Origin: a virus
Taxonomy: Duplodnaviria > Heunggongvirae > Uroviricota > Caudoviricetes
Length of the DNA stretch: 45,266 nt
Virus record (IMG/VR): IMGVR_UViG_2531839130_000013
Reading direction: 5' to 3' (one strand)
The notes under the pieces were generated by a model. It searched no databases and was not told the DNA's origin. It was given only the letters and a program-made list of their open reading frames with translations. Shown one piece after another: positions 1-7,618 of this stretch. A program made the translations under genes and the position numbers. Position 1 is the first letter of the stretch; each line of letters begins with the position of its first letter.

Positions 1-1119
1 TCAAATAACCAACTTAACCCATTCCTGACCTCGAGTATCGTTATAGCGATCGGTGGTTGCCTGGACTTTATGCCCTAGTAATGTTTTTGTATCGATACCC
101 TGTGCACGGTACAGCCGTTCTGATAGAGAGCGTTGTTCATGAAATGTTGGCGGAGTTTTTCCTGCTGGTGGAATTATCCCAGCCAGATCCCGTGCTTTGG
201 CAAAGTAGTCGCTCAGGTTGTCTTTACTCATCGGCTTCGGTTGTTTCTGGTGCCGACTATGGATTAGATATGGACTTAATATTCTGTCTCGGCACCCATC
301 AATAACTTCTTTTAACGTTATCCCAATGGCATCACAGCGTAGTGTAAGCGGTAACGCCAGACGCATTCCGGTTTTTCCCTGGGTGATATGCAAGTGTTCG
401 TTCCACACATCTGAAAAACGCATGTGGCAAATGTCATCACGGCGCTGACCAGTAACAATCGCAAGAAGCATTGCGTTACGGATAAAGTGTTTTTCAGGCG
501 TTGCATTGTAAATTTTTTGCCAGTCTTCCATGGTGAGCCTGGCTCTGGTTACTTTAGGGATCGGTTTACGGGTAGCCTCCGGAGGATTCCATCCAGGAGG
601 AACTTCCCCTGCATGCTGTGCTTCTTTATAAATATCAACCCATAATCCACGATTTACTCTCGCTGTGCTGACCATGTCTTTATCCAGCCACTCATCCAGT
701 ATTAATGCAAAGTCTCTTACTTCCAGTTCTTTCAATGGGTGGTTTCCCAGACGGGAAACCAGGTATGCAGCCATTCGAGTTTTTTCTTTGTGAGTTGTAG
801 CTGCAATATCTCCATTTTTCAGTCGCGCGTCCTGTATTTTCAGATATCGATCAACCCATGCCTTTAATCTGATGCCCCGACGTTTTGTTGCTGACGGACT
901 TTCATCAATTTTGCGCATGAAATATTCAGCTTCTGCTGCAGCTATTCGCTGATTGGCTGTGGAAGCGATTTTTTCTGCTTTGCCTTTGTCTGTTCCGAGA
1001 CCGTGAAATTTTCCAGTCACAGGGTTTTTATACTGGTAGTAAACCCTGCCAGTTCTGCGATCAAACTTTTCGTAAAGACCGGTTACGTCAGTGCTGTTTT
1101 TTCGTGGCCTCGGTGACAT
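1..1119 (-). CDS. int: Tyrosine-type site-specific integrase (lambda Int family)
   Basis: 372-aa ORF; the stop codon is the first three bases of the window (tca on +). C-terminal catalytic region with HxxR-type motif and C-terminal Tyr (TDRYNDTRG); 5' end overlaps the upstream xis-like ORF as in lambda. Confidence 0.9.
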   Translation of the reverse strand: MSPRPRKNSTDVTGLYEKFDRRTGRVYYQYKNPVTGKFHGLGTDKGKAEKIASTANQRIAAAEAEYFMRKIDESPSATKRRGIRLKAWVDRYLKIQDARLKNGDIAATTHKEKTRMAAYLVSRLGNHPLKELEVRDFALILDEWLDKDMVSTARVNRGLWVDIYKEAQHAGEVPPGWNPPEATRKPIPKVTRARLTMEDWQKIYNATPEKHFIRNAMLLAIVTGQRRDDICHMRFSDVWNEHLHITQGKTGMRLALPLTLRCDAIGITLKEVIDGCRDRILSPYLIHSRHQKQPKPMSKDNLSDYFAKARDLAGIIPPAGKTPPTFHEQRSLSERLYRAQGIDTKTLLGHKVQATTDRYNDTRGQEWVKLVI

Positions 1120-1366
1120 GAGTTAAAATCTCCTTCAGTGCATCATCATCGCCAGTATGAATTTCCGGCGCAATTCCCGTTTCACCAGGTCCAACAAATA
1201 CTGCCCGGCGATCTATCAGCCAACGCCCACGAATTTTTTGTGGTCTTGGAACGATGTATCCTAGTTTTCCGTATTTCACCAGGGTAGTGTTTGTTATTGG
1301 GAGACTGAACCGTTTTGGTTTCCACTCGTCGAGCGTTATCAGGTACTGTTCGCTCATGGCTATCAC
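1088..1366 (-). CDS. xis: Excisionase (Xis-like)
   Basis: Small basic ORF immediately upstream of int and overlapping its start; size and position fit an excisionase. Start codon uncertain (alternative Met at about 1357). Confidence 0.65.
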   Translation of the reverse strand: MIAMSEQYLITLDEWKPKRFSLPITNTTLVKYGKLGYIVPRPQKIRGRWLIDRRAVFVGPGETGIAPEIHTGDDDALKEILTHVTEATKKQH

Positions 1367-1418
1367 TCCGGAACGCGCCAGTTGCAGAATACCAACGACA
1401 ACTGGCGACGGTTGAACA

Positions 1419-3890
1419 TTAAAAATCAGCCTGACTCGGGATCAGTTTTTGCCAGATAGCTGAAACGTATTTTGCCTGGTAACGAGCGTCATCAAGTGCA
1501 TTATGGCGCTCACCTTCGAATGGGATAGCAGTTCTGGCATCGAAGTCTATGGCTTTCCCCAGCTCAACGATTGTGCGTACATCGCGATCGTTGTAGTAAC
1601 GCCACGGGCAGGGGATCCCCTGCCGCTCGTATGAACGGCGCAAAATAGTGTTGTCGAAGTTGGCTCCATTTCCCCAGACCTGAACAAAAAATTCACCGGA
1701 GTTTTCGTCGATAAATTCCCGCAATTGTAACAGTGCATCATCTAACGGGATTTCATCGGTCATAATGGCAGATTGCGCTTCGCGTGATTGTTTAAGCCAC
1801 CATTTAATGGTGTCCCGATCAATGACTCCGCCAGCAGTTTCCAGATCGATAGTCTTACTAAATTCCGGTCCCATATCTCCGGTTTGCGGATCGAAAAATA
1901 TTGCACCTATTGAGATAATCGGGGCATCGGGATTTTTTCCCATGGTTTCAAGGTCGATCATCAGATGAATCCCCGCTCTGCTGGTGGATGTGAGATTATG
2001 ATGACCGTTCGCCTTAATTAAGGGATCTGACGCCTCGCCAGTTTCACTATCGCTGGCATGATGCTGATTGCCGCCAGTGTTCTCCTTGTGCTGATGCGCA
2101 GTGCCTTCCATTTCCTCCGGATCATTTTCCTGAACTTCAGGCTGATTCTCTCCATCGAATATTTCCTGGTATGTTGCGTCACCCATCACCGCACCACAAT
2201 CAGGGCAGTTGCCGCCACCGCTCTGACCGCAGGCGGTGCAGATCTTTTCCGGTTCCTGTTGCACTACTGGTTCAGGTTGTTTCGTTTCTGGCTCGTTTTG
2301 TTGCGTATTTTGGCTGTTTTGTTCCGCTTTCTGGTCGTTCTGTTCCGTTTCTTGCTGGTTCTGGTTCGCAGAATCGCGGGTCTGGATCCCCTTAACCCAT
2401 TTCGGATCATTCGGGTCGCTAATCCCTTCAACAAATTCACCACGTGATACTGCAAGCAGTTCATCGGCGTCAGGCTGGCTGATATTGGCTGCCTGCATAA
2501 TTTTGTTTACTTCGTCAGCGGTAACTTTTACCGGTTCTGGCTGTGCGGTCGTGTCAGATGCACCAGTATTTTGTTGTGAACCTGAGTATGTACTGTTTTT
2601 GCGGGCGAAATATTCTTCTTTCGTGATTTCAGTAGCCCCGGCAGCCAGCGCCTTATCCAGACCAGAAAGTTTGTTTGCGCGACCGTATTTTTCGCCATCC
2701 TTGTCGGTGAAGAGGAAGTAGAACGGCCCCTCACGCTCTACAGATGGTTCGACTTCCACTTTGCATTCGGTTTTTTCGTTGTCCGGAATTGCCGTTTCCA
2801 CTGCATCAGTTTCTGGTACTGGCGACGAGAGAGTATCAGTTGCGCTCTGATTTGTTCCTTCATCTTCAAACACGCCCTTTGTAGTCAGGTATTCAGTAAT
2901 GTATTTGTTCAGTGCCACAGGATCTTTGTGAATGTCGATCGGACGTCCACGGACAAGGCCAAAAATAGTCTGGCGGTCGTAGCGAAGGGCATCAGGCTGT
3001 TTGCGCATCGATGCCGAGATACGCTTCCAGTCTTCGCGGTCGTTGTCGATAACTTCATTTTTTGCCCAGCGATGGATGCTGCCGTCAATGTTTCCGGCAT
3101 CCACATCACCAGGCCAGAGAGCGTAGGCCAGTTCGTCATCCAGTGTTTTCCATGTCTGCTTGTATTCGCGATGAATGACTGCAGTGACAGGGGAGATATT
3201 TTCTGCTGAGTTTTCAGTGTGCTGTCGGTTGACTCTGGCGCGGGCGAGATCAACAGCAGACGTGTATTTTCCGGTTTCCTTGCGTTCACCTTCGCGACGT
3301 TTTTTCCAGATGCGCATCTCTGCCTGAATTTCGGGCCATTTAGCTCCAGGCTTACATTTATGCTTAACCCACCCGATGGCATGCAACTTAAGTTCTGGAT
3401 ACATGGCGTTAACTTCTGGCATTTTCATCAACGCTTCAACGATATGTCCGTCGAATGTTGCCATGTCTTCCTGCAACAATTCCTGCGCGCTAATCACCAT
3501 ATCAACGGTGATGTTTTCACATGTGTCGAACTTAACCATGACAGCGTTCTGTACTTCAGGGGCCAGCTTGTCAAAAGTGACGTTCATCGGATCTGATTCA
3601 GTCTCAACCGGGACAAAGGAAGCAGACTCCTCATCCCAGCGGTTTTCCTGCATATATTCAGCATCCCAGGAATCGAGGGCAGGGCGGGGTATACCGGGTT
3701 TATCCTCGCAAACAAGAAATTTATAAGCGCAGTCCTGAGCAGCCGGATAATGCTCCAGGAATTGCCAGTGAAATTTTGCGCGGGCGCGACGTTCATCACC
3801 GGCTTCAATGGCAGTGGCTACAGCGACTGCACCTTCTTCCTTTATTGCCTGTTCGTCCGGAATGGCGGCGCAAATAAAGACTTTACTCAT
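1419..3890 (-). CDS. Large exonuclease-like protein with C-terminal DnaQ-like (DEDDh) 3'-5' exonuclease domain
   Basis: 823-aa ORF. C-terminal third has exonuclease motifs (IDLET..., HNALDDARY); central part is acidic and Q/N/E-rich with a Cys4 cluster (CTACGQSGGGNCPDCG). Sits where lambdoid recombination genes lie. Confidence 0.6.
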   Translation of the reverse strand: MSKVFICAAIPDEQAIKEEGAVAVATAIEAGDERRARAKFHWQFLEHYPAAQDCAYKFLVCEDKPGIPRPALDSWDAEYMQENRWDEESASFVPVETESDPMNVTFDKLAPEVQNAVMVKFDTCENITVDMVISAQELLQEDMATFDGHIVEALMKMPEVNAMYPELKLHAIGWVKHKCKPGAKWPEIQAEMRIWKKRREGERKETGKYTSAVDLARARVNRQHTENSAENISPVTAVIHREYKQTWKTLDDELAYALWPGDVDAGNIDGSIHRWAKNEVIDNDREDWKRISASMRKQPDALRYDRQTIFGLVRGRPIDIHKDPVALNKYITEYLTTKGVFEDEGTNQSATDTLSSPVPETDAVETAIPDNEKTECKVEVEPSVEREGPFYFLFTDKDGEKYGRANKLSGLDKALAAGATEITKEEYFARKNSTYSGSQQNTGASDTTAQPEPVKVTADEVNKIMQAANISQPDADELLAVSRGEFVEGISDPNDPKWVKGIQTRDSANQNQQETEQNDQKAEQNSQNTQQNEPETKQPEPVVQQEPEKICTACGQSGGGNCPDCGAVMGDATYQEIFDGENQPEVQENDPEEMEGTAHQHKENTGGNQHHASDSETGEASDPLIKANGHHNLTSTSRAGIHLMIDLETMGKNPDAPIISIGAIFFDPQTGDMGPEFSKTIDLETAGGVIDRDTIKWWLKQSREAQSAIMTDEIPLDDALLQLREFIDENSGEFFVQVWGNGANFDNTILRRSYERQGIPCPWRYYNDRDVRTIVELGKAIDFDARTAIPFEGERHNALDDARYQAKYVSAIWQKLIPSQADF

Positions 3891-3982
3891 TTTGTTTTAC
3901 CTCATTACAGATTTAAGGGTGAACAAATCCCTGCCATTGCTGGCATATAAGAATGAAAGCGGATGTTTATTACGGAACTGTT

Positions 3983-4174
3983 TTAAAGACCTGCCGGGAT
4001 TTCGTTATTATCCTGGTGAATAACTTTATCGACCGGGTAACAGTTACCGGGAATTTTCTGTTCGGTTGCTGCAGTCATACATTCCTGCATTGTCCTGTGA
4101 ACACTGACTGCAATATCAACTGGCTCTCCGGAAACAAGATAAACTGTCAGAACAAGCGCAAATGCTGAATTCAT
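3983..4174 (-). CDS. ydfD: Small membrane protein, YdfD-like (Qin prophage lysis protein family)
   Basis: 63-aa product MNSAFALVLTVYLVSGEPVD... with N-terminal hydrophobic segment; its ATG overlaps the dicB stop (ATGA). Start chosen at the internal Met of the 81-aa track ORF. Assignment from memory of Qin prophage synteny. Confidence 0.45.
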   Translation of the reverse strand: MNSAFALVLTVYLVSGEPVDIAVSVHRTMQECMTAATEQKIPGNCYPVDKVIHQDNNEIPAGL

Positions 4175-4359
4175 TGTGCACATCCTTTTGGCATCAGACG
4201 TAAACGAGCCAGCATTGAAACAATGCATATTTTATTTAATAGCTCCCCTTCTTGTTTTCTCTTGTTAATGGCATCTTCAGTAAATACTGAGTTACTGATA
4301 GTGACACCAATTTCAAAACAACCTTCAGACGTATTAACGTTTGGTAATAACGTTTCCAT
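4171..4359 (-). CDS. dicB: Cell-division inhibitor DicB-like protein (62 aa)
   Basis: Internal Met of the 97-aa track ORF gives METLLPNVNTSEGCFEIGVTISN...LMPKGCAQ, 62 aa, matching my recollection of DicB almost residue for residue; GAGGA Shine-Dalgarno about 9 nt upstream; directly downstream of the DicF sRNA as in Qin. Confidence 0.6.
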   Translation of the reverse strand: METLLPNVNTSEGCFEIGVTISNSVFTEDAINKRKQEGELLNKICIVSMLARLRLMPKGCAQ

Positions 4360-4528
4360 TATCGCGTCCTCAACAATGAATTTTGTGATGCGGTGCCTGG
4401 TGCCTCCAGGTGACGTTAACCAGTTAACAATTAACGCCGGATACAGAGAACCCACCCATAACACTGTTTTTGGTTTTAACTGTTCCGCGTGCGCTTAGCC
4501 GCATTCACCGCATCACAAAATTCACTTT

Positions 4529-4586
4529 AAAAAGGGCGGCAGAGCAGTCACGGAGTAAAACTGATACCGCTAAACGCCACCAGAAA
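4529..4586 (-). ncRNA. dicF: DicF small RNA (ftsZ-targeting sRNA of Qin-type prophages)
   Basis: Reverse complement of 4534-4586 reads tttctggtggcgtttagcggtatcagttttactccgtgactgctctgccgccc, near-identical to the 53-nt DicF sequence as I recall it, followed by a U-tract on the minus strand. A perfect 9-bp stem (4612-4620 / 4640-4648) lies just upstream in transcript order. Confidence 0.7.
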
Positions 4587-4920
4587 ATTGATAACAGAGG
4601 GCGTTGCAGCGGGGTTGTCACTTAAGCGTATGGTCAACCTGACAACCCGGTGTCCTCAACGGGGAAGGAATAACCCCGCCATACTTACCGCCGCGCCATT
4701 TCGCGGATTGCCACAACCGGAAGCGCACGGTCGACGAAAATTTAACGACAGGCTATCTATGAACCAGCAACCTCGCCGTGCGCTTTCGCGTTATGCTCTG
4801 ACTTTTCAGAGAAATATCCTTTCAGTAAACTGTCAGTACCGGATGCTCACCCGTGTCCGGCGCACGCACTCCACCTCACCCGTGGAGAACTCCTTAAGTA
4901 CCAACCCTCAGGATGGTGAA

Positions 4921-5142
4921 ATGACTAGTAAAAATGTAAATATCCAGTTTAACCACGATGTTTCTCCTGCCGGACTTGCGGATGAACTCACTGCTATAAA
5001 AACAGCAATTATGCTACTTGTTGCTAAGTTGCCAGCAGCATCACAACCATCAGATATTTGTGACTCATTACGTAAGATGAATTCAACAAAATGCAACGAG
5101 ATGGCATCACTTATTGAAATAGCTATTGATTTTAATGATTAA
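4921..5142 (+). CDS. Hypothetical small protein (74 aa), opposite in orientation to the left operon
   Basis: ATG at 4921 inside a longer track ORF, weak SD (GGATGG); protein-like composition; 3' end overlaps the convergent minus-strand gene by 11 nt. Could be a shadow ORF. Confidence 0.25.
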   Translation: MTSKNVNIQFNHDVSPAGLADELTAIKTAIMLLVAKLPAASQPSDICDSLRKMNSTKCNEMASLIEIAIDFND

Positions 5143-5506
5143 TCGAAATCTCATGGCTAACTGTAACACTCCCGTCTGTGGCGGGATGCTTTAAATCACA
5201 GGAGTTAACGCTTTTTGTTGCAAAGTAATTTTCAAGGGGGTCTATTCGAATCCCTTTCTTTTTCATTAACAAGCCAAACCCCTTATCAATGATGTCCATT
5301 AGATCCAGGAAGTATTTTTTATGTAAATCCTGGTTATCAGAGAGCTGCTTCTCTTCGTACAGACCGATAAAGGCACGACGCACGTTACCGGATATAGTAT
5401 AGATGGTTTCTTTTTCTACGGTACTCAGGTCAAGAGTCGCCAGTTGGGAACGAACTATATTCGCTGCCATTTCCTGGAATTGCATTGGTAAATCTTTAAA
5501 TTCCAT
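5132..5506 (-). CDS. Hypothetical protein (124 aa)
   Basis: Clean ORF tightly packed in the leftward early operon; no recognisable motif. Confidence 0.5.
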   Translation of the reverse strand: MEFKDLPMQFQEMAANIVRSQLATLDLSTVEKETIYTISGNVRRAFIGLYEEKQLSDNQDLHKKYFLDLMDIIDKGFGLLMKKKGIRIDPLENYFATKSVNSCDLKHPATDGSVTVSHEISINH

Positions 5507-5528
5507 TATTAGCCTCGTTGGTTAGCTA

Positions 5529-5747
5529 TTAACGTGGGTATGTAATCATTCTGGCAATGCTTAATGCCGCTGCTTTTTCCAGCCTGGTGATATCCTGCTC
5601 CAGAGCGGACAGATTTTCAGCCTGCTTAGCCCTGGCTTCATTGGCCCATTTCAGATCCTGCGCTGCATTAATTTTCTGGCGCATCCACTCATAAAGTTCA
5701 TCATCGGTATAGTCTTGTGCGATGATGACGGGTTCTCGTTTCTGCAT
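5529..5747 (-). CDS. Hypothetical protein (72 aa)
   Basis: ORF in the leftward operon, predicted coiled-coil-like composition. Confidence 0.45.
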   Translation of the reverse strand: MQKREPVIIAQDYTDDELYEWMRQKINAAQDLKWANEARAKQAENLSALEQDITRLEKAAALSIARMITYPR

Positions 5748-5775
5748 ACTGATTCCTCGCGGTGCTGTTTCGCTT

Positions 5776-5904
5776 ATCAGCCGTTAGATTTTGCGGAACT
5801 GGAAAGCGCCTGTTTAAATTCGTTGAAGCTGAGAGCTTCTTCGCCTTCGGCAAGACCTTCGAAGTATTCTTCGTAAGCCTTTTCCATGATTGTGTCGAAA
5901 TCCA
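5776..5904 (-). CDS. Hypothetical small acidic protein (42 aa)
   Basis: Hand-translated minus-strand ORF MDFDTIMEKAYEEYFEGLAEGEEALSFNEFKQALSSSAKSNG with SD-like GGTGAGTG upstream; fits the gap between neighbours. Below the size cut-off of the ORF track. Confidence 0.35.
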
Positions 5905-5906
5905 TA

Positions 5907-6143
5907 TCACTCACCTGAGTTTCTTTCCAGCCAGCGACGGGCACCATTTTCGGTTTTAAACGTTTTGCTTTTGGTATACGTCATCGCGGTGAACGTACCG
6001 TCCTGGTTGGGGAACACGCCACATACCAGAGATTCGCTGTTGCCAAGATCGATAGTATCCATGCTGACCTCATTTCCCCTTAACGCCGGGGTAGCGGAAC
6101 AAAAACCTGCTGCATAGTTATTAAAGTTGAACCCTGCCGTCAT
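5907..6143 (-). CDS. Hypothetical protein (78 aa), first gene of the leftward early operon
   Basis: ORF directly downstream of the candidate pL-type promoter; start may be at an internal Met. Confidence 0.45.
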   Translation of the reverse strand: MTAGFNFNNYAAGFCSATPALRGNEVSMDTIDLGNSESLVCGVFPNQDGTFTAMTYTKSKTFKTENGARRWLERNSGE

Positions 6144-6241
6144 GTTCTTACGCCTCGGGCTGGCTACTTAACCCCTGACCACTGCCTGGTAACTCGAAGT
6201 ATTGCCCTGCATTATGTGGGGCGGGGTGGGTTGATATTTTT

Positions 6242-6269
6242 AGTTTAATAAACATTAAACTTAAGTCAA
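6242..6269 (-). promoter_or_regulatory. Candidate leftward early promoter (pL-like): -35 TTGACT, 16-bp spacer, -10 TAAACT on the minus strand
   Basis: Minus-strand hexamers are identical to those of the candidate rightward promoter at 7257-7286; ACTAAAC-like operator motifs nearby (6254-6260, 6276-6282). Confidence 0.4.
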
Positions 6270-6353
6270 GTAAAAACTAAACCGCAGGGCGTAACAAACA
6301 CAACGCTTTTGATAAAGTCGTTGCGGTTGTTATGTTTCTATTGGTAGTGAAAG

Positions 6354-6632
6354 TTAGGGAAACTGGCGTCTTGCGTGGATCACGTTTACTACTTCAACGC
6401 TTGATGTTGTTACGCGGTATAGAATTATATAGTTAGGGTGGGCTACAATCTCACGCAAGCCAGGTACTCTGTCGCTTGGTGGGTATAAATACGGATGTTC
6501 GGATAACGGCAGCACACAACCCCTTAATCGCTGCCATAAGCGTTCAGCCGCATCTATGTCGAAACGAGCAATATAACTAGTTATATCATCTAGGTCGGTA
6601 TCTGCGCTTTCAAGCCATAACACGGGTAACAT
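6354..6632 (-). CDS. parE: ParE/RelE-family type II toxin (about 92 aa)
   Basis: C-terminal region REIVAHPNYIILYRV...VEVVNVIHARRQFP is typical of the ParE/RelE fold; start placed at internal Met (MLPVLWLE...) abutting the antitoxin stop. Sizes (92 aa toxin, 63 aa antitoxin, upstream repressor) match the three-component PaaR-PaaA-ParE prophage modules of E. coli O157 as I recall them. Confidence 0.75.
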   Translation of the reverse strand: MLPVLWLESADTDLDDITSYIARFDIDAAERLWQRLRGCVLPLSEHPYLYPPSDRVPGLREIVAHPNYIILYRVTTSSVEVVNVIHARRQFP

Positions 6633-6633
6633 T

Positions 6634-6825
6634 TTACTGCTTGCTCCGTTCCTTGCGCATTTTAGCAAAGCGTTCTGCCATTCTGCGCTCAACTTCGTCA
6701 TGGGGAATTGCTGGGCGTGGATCTGCAAGGCTCGTTGCTACTTTTGCACGCAGCCATTCGTTGTAACTGTTTTCTTGTTCAATGGTTTCAAATTCAGAAA
6801 CCATTGGTGAAAGGGCTCTATTCAT
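6634..6825 (-). CDS. Antitoxin partner of the ParE-like toxin (63 aa, PaaA-like)
   Basis: Start MNRALSPMVSEF... preceded by GGAGGA SD; small acidic/basic protein immediately upstream of the toxin with near-adjacent stop/start. Confidence 0.6.
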   Translation of the reverse strand: MNRALSPMVSEFETIEQENSYNEWLRAKVATSLADPRPAIPHDEVERRMAERFAKMRKERSKQ

Positions 6826-6845
6826 GTTTCCTCCGGTTTTATAAC

Positions 6846-7217
6846 TCAGGCGCGGCGGCATTTTTGCGCCGCAATCCATCTCGCTATGAGATCTTCCATT
6901 GATTCTTTTTTCTGCTTTAACTCGCTGATTATCTGGCGTTGCTCATCCTCAGGGAAGGCTGAAAAAATCTGCAATAATTCCAGTTGATTAGACGTTAACC
7001 CTGCATGTGGTGGAGAAACCTCCGGTTGTTCTGCGTATTCCGCATCCAGATACCCTTCCGGCATCCCGTATGTTTGCTCTATTCTTCTGGCAGCCTTTTC
7101 TCCAAACGAGGCTCTCCCACTCATTAGTTGAGATAGGTAGCTCTTCTCTTTGGGTGGCAGAGTTTTATCTTTAAACCACTCCTTGAGACGTAAACGGCGA
7201 ATTTCTTTTTTTTGCAT
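6846..7217 (-). CDS. Phage repressor-like HTH regulator (cI/DicA/PaaR-like), probably leaderless
   Basis: HTH-like segment KSYLSQLMSGRASFGEKAARRIEQTYGMPEGYLD; C-terminal LELLQIFSAFPEDEQ resembles the DicA C-terminus. Start set at MQKK (7217) because the longer 158-aa reading runs through the divergent promoter and the cro-like start; a GATAAT -10 sits 6 nt upstream of this ATG. Confidence 0.7.
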   Translation of the reverse strand: MQKKEIRRLRLKEWFKDKTLPPKEKSYLSQLMSGRASFGEKAARRIEQTYGMPEGYLDAEYAEQPEVSPPHAGLTSNQLELLQIFSAFPEDEQRQIISELKQKKESMEDLIARWIAAQKCRRA

Positions 7218-7223
7218 GTGGTA

Positions 7224-7305
7224 ATTATCTTTAGTAATCACTAAACAAGCAAATACTTGACTTAATGGTTTATTAAACACTAAACTCTCAAAAAAAACAC
7301 TAAAC
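7224..7305. promoter_or_regulatory. Divergent promoter/operator region: leftward pRM-like promoter, rightward pR-like promoter, three CACTAAAC repeats
   Basis: Leftward -10 GATAAT (7224-7229 on +) and -35 TTGCTT (7247-7252) with 17-bp spacer; rightward -35 TTGACT 7257-7262, 18-bp spacer, -10 TAAACT 7281-7286; direct repeats CACTAAAC at 7239-7246, 7278-7285, 7298-7305. Confidence 0.45.
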
Positions 7306-7315
7306 CGAGGAAGGT

Positions 7316-7618
7316 ATGACATTAAAAGAGTTTATTAAATCATTGAGGGTTGGTGATGCTAAGAAATTCGCAGCCAGACTTGGTGTATCGCCATCTTACT
7401 TATCGCAAATGGCGTCTGGACGAGCAGCTATATCTCCAACACGCGCCCTTATGATCGAATCTGCGACGGAAGGCCAAGTAAGTAGGGCGGAGCTACGACC
7501 CCATGATTGGGAGCTTATTTGGCCTGAGTATGCGAGCGGCATTCGTTTGGGGCAAACACATGTAGTTCATGCTGAAGGTGATTGTAGTGCATGCTTATCT
7601 GATGGAGTTGATTCATGA
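7316..7618 (+). CDS. Cro-like HTH protein (YdaS-like)
   Basis: 100-aa ORF divergent from the repressor, GAGGAAGG SD; HTH-like FAARLGVSPSYLSQMASGRAAISPTRAL; position equivalent to cro. Confidence 0.65.
   Translation: MTLKEFIKSLRVGDAKKFAARLGVSPSYLSQMASGRAAISPTRALMIESATEGQVSRAELRPHDWELIWPEYASGIRLGQTHVVHAEGDCSACLSDGVDS

Noticed and set aside
2236-2721. 161-aa plus-strand ORF, with neighbouring plus-strand ORFs at 2058-2447 and 3219-3726
   Set aside because: They lie antisense inside the 823-aa exonuclease gene, have low-complexity Cys/Phe/Ser-rich translations and no ribosome-binding sites; treated as shadow ORFs.
4588-5142. 184-aa plus-strand ORF spanning DicF and upstream sequence
   Set aside because: The N-terminal part overlaps the DicF sRNA and GC-rich structured RNA on the other strand and translates to Arg/Pro-rich low-complexity sequence; only the last 74 codons (4921-5142) were kept as a low-confidence gene.
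6846-7322. Full 158-aa reading of the repressor ORF
   Set aside because: The first 35 codons run through the divergent promoter/operator region and overlap the cro-like start; the translation there is not protein-like. The start was moved to 7217.
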